A DNA stretch of 64,000 nucleotides from Rebecca billardiae RCC1528 (Eukaryota > Protista > Haptophyta), in the NCBI GenBank assembly GCA_965240325.2, contig OZ251248.1:558001-622000 (forward strand). Reading direction: 5' to 3'. The position numbers and the translations under genes were made by a program. The notes under the pieces are model-generated. The model worked only from the letters and a program-made list of their open reading frames with translations, was not told where the DNA came from and searched no databases. Below are positions 62,242-64,000 of the stretch, piece after piece. Position 1 is the stretch's first letter. Each line of letters begins with the position of its first letter.

Positions 62242-64000
62242 CTACTCGCCCGCCGTGGGCGGCGCGAGCCGCGAGAGCGACGTGTCGAGTCGCTCGACCA
62301 CGTCCACGACGAGCGCGCGCACGCGCGCCTCGACCACCGCGCGCGCCTCCTTGCCGCCGTCCCCGGGCGGCAGCGCGCGTGCGTCGCGCGCCTCGCCTTC
62401 GGCGGGCGGCGCGAGCACGTACGCGCGCTCAGCCCAGTCAAAGTGCCACCACTGGCCCTCGCGCAGCAGGGGCTGGCCGGGCGGCGGCGGCGGGCAGCGC
62501 GGGAAGAGGCGGCTCTCCTCCTCGGCGAGGGTCTCAGACTCGGACGCCAGCTCGTGCGAGACGACGGCGCGCAGCTGCTCCTTGGCGCCGTTCGGGCCGG
62601 AGCCGGGGTCCTGCCGTGGCACCGCCGCGCGGGCGGGCAAGAGGGCGCGCGCACCGCGCACCACGCACAGCCCGGGCAAAGGGGGTCAGCGCGCGGCGCG
62701 CGGCGCGGCGCGTCGCGCGCGAGCGCGCGAGCGCGTCGCGCGAGCGCACCGGCTTGAGTCCGCACGCGCCCAGCGCCTTGCGCACGGCCGAGGGCTTGGC
62801 GGCAGGCAGGCTGTCCAGCTGCGCGCGCAGCTCGGCGATGCGCGCGCGCCGGCGCTCGATGACCGCAAACAGCTCCATACGCGCGGCGTGGTCGGCCTCG
62901 GCCGCGGTGGCTGTGGCGGTGCCGGCGGCGGGCACGGCGTGCGCGCCGTCGGGCGCGCCGCCCTCCGCCTCCGGCGCAGCCTCCGCCTCCGCGCCGTCCG
63001 CCGCCTCCTCCGCCTCCTCCGCCTGCGCCGCCTGCGCCGCGCGGCCCCTCTGCAGATGGTCTGGCGGCGTGGGAGGCCGGCTCGGGTAGCGGCCGACGCG
63101 CGGGCGCAGCCCGAGCGCGCCGCGCGCGCCGTCCGCGGTGTCCACGAGCGCCTCGGCCAGCGCGGCGACCGCGTGCCACGTGACCGCCCACGCGCTCGGG
63201 TGCTCCGGCGCGCGCGGCGGCGGCACGGAGCAGCGCGCGACCAGCTCGCACAGCTCGTCCGCCAGCGCAGCGCTCTCGTCTGCGCCCATCCCCGTCTGAT
63301 GCGCGGCGCGGGGCGACAAGCCGGGCGCGGGCGCAGCGTCAGCAAGTGGCTGTGAGCGCGGCGGCCTTGGTCGGCGCGCGCCGCCCCCTCACGCGTCCGC
63401 GCCGCGCGCAGACGCGGTGCGCGCGCGCGCGCCACGCGCGCGCGAACAGCCGCGCGCGCACACGGACGCGCACCCCCAGGCGCGCGCGCGCGCGCGCGCG
63501 CTCACCTGCTGCCGCGTGAGCGCCTCCTCGAGCGTGAGCACGCGCAGGTCCCACTTCGACCCGCCGAGAACTTTCTGCGAAAGTTCGTGCAGCCGCGCAA
63601 ACTCGGGCTGCGTGAAGCTGAGGCCGAGGTCGGCGTTGGCGGACTCGAAGGCGGCGCGCGGCGCCGCCGACTCCGCGGCGCGGTCGCGCGCCGCCAGCGC
63701 CACCGTCTGGTCGAGCGCGTGGCTCTCGGCCAGCACGATCGCGCGGCCGACCAGCTCCCGCGCGAGCAAGTCGCGCACGAAGGAGTCGAGCTCGGAGGCG
63801 GCGAGCTGCGCGCGCACGGCCGCGGCGCGCGCGGGCAGCGCGGTGGGCGGCGGCTCGGCGCACAGCGCGCGCAGCTCGAGCGCCGGGAGCTCGGCGTCGG
63901 GCAGCGGCGGCACGGTGTGCAGCACCCAGCGCGCCGTGAACACGCCCGCGTTCGGCGAGACGAAGCCGACGGGCAGCGAGCGCGACTCGCCGGGCAGCAG
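62242..64000 (-). CDS. MYCBPAP: MYCBP-associated protein / FAP147-like ciliary protein, 3' part, multi-exon
   Basis: LLPGESRSLPVGFVSPNAGVFTARWVLHTVP, then F..AN..L.F....LHEL, WDLRVLTLEEAL and LVDTADGARGALGL, follow the MYCBPAP C-terminal pattern (recognised from memory). Intron 63296-63505; 5' end outside the window. Confidence 0.62.

Overview
GC-rich eukaryotic nuclear DNA with short GT(GC)GC...CGCAG introns and (TA)n-punctuated spacers. It looks like a flagellated alga with a complex plastid, probably a haptophyte (inference). The first 18 kb is one giant minus-strand ORF that the ORF track missed because it runs off the window. It encodes a short N-terminus, a hydrophobic signal/anchor segment, and at least 5,900 residues of almost pure (Ser-Pro-Pro-Pro)n with higher-order periodicity. 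The 18-31 kb interval is transposon-rich: a 4-kb element with ~400-bp terminal inverted repeats (TIRs) and a CpG-decayed interior; an intron-containing RTX-type Ca2+-binding surface-protein gene frameshifted by what looks like a transposon excision footprint; and a 3.46-kb Gag-only LTR retroelement inside a TA microsatellite. A compact gene block follows: GT61 glycosyltransferase, two hypotheticals, a CNBD-family K+ channel, LIN37, a membrane-anchored LRR protein, an ARM protein and a plastid-targeted DUF1971 cupin. Next come a 200-N gap flanked by an 8,264-bp duplication (probably an assembly artefact), a 1.7-kb short-TIR hAT-like element and the 3' part of a MYCBPAP/FAP147-like ciliary gene.
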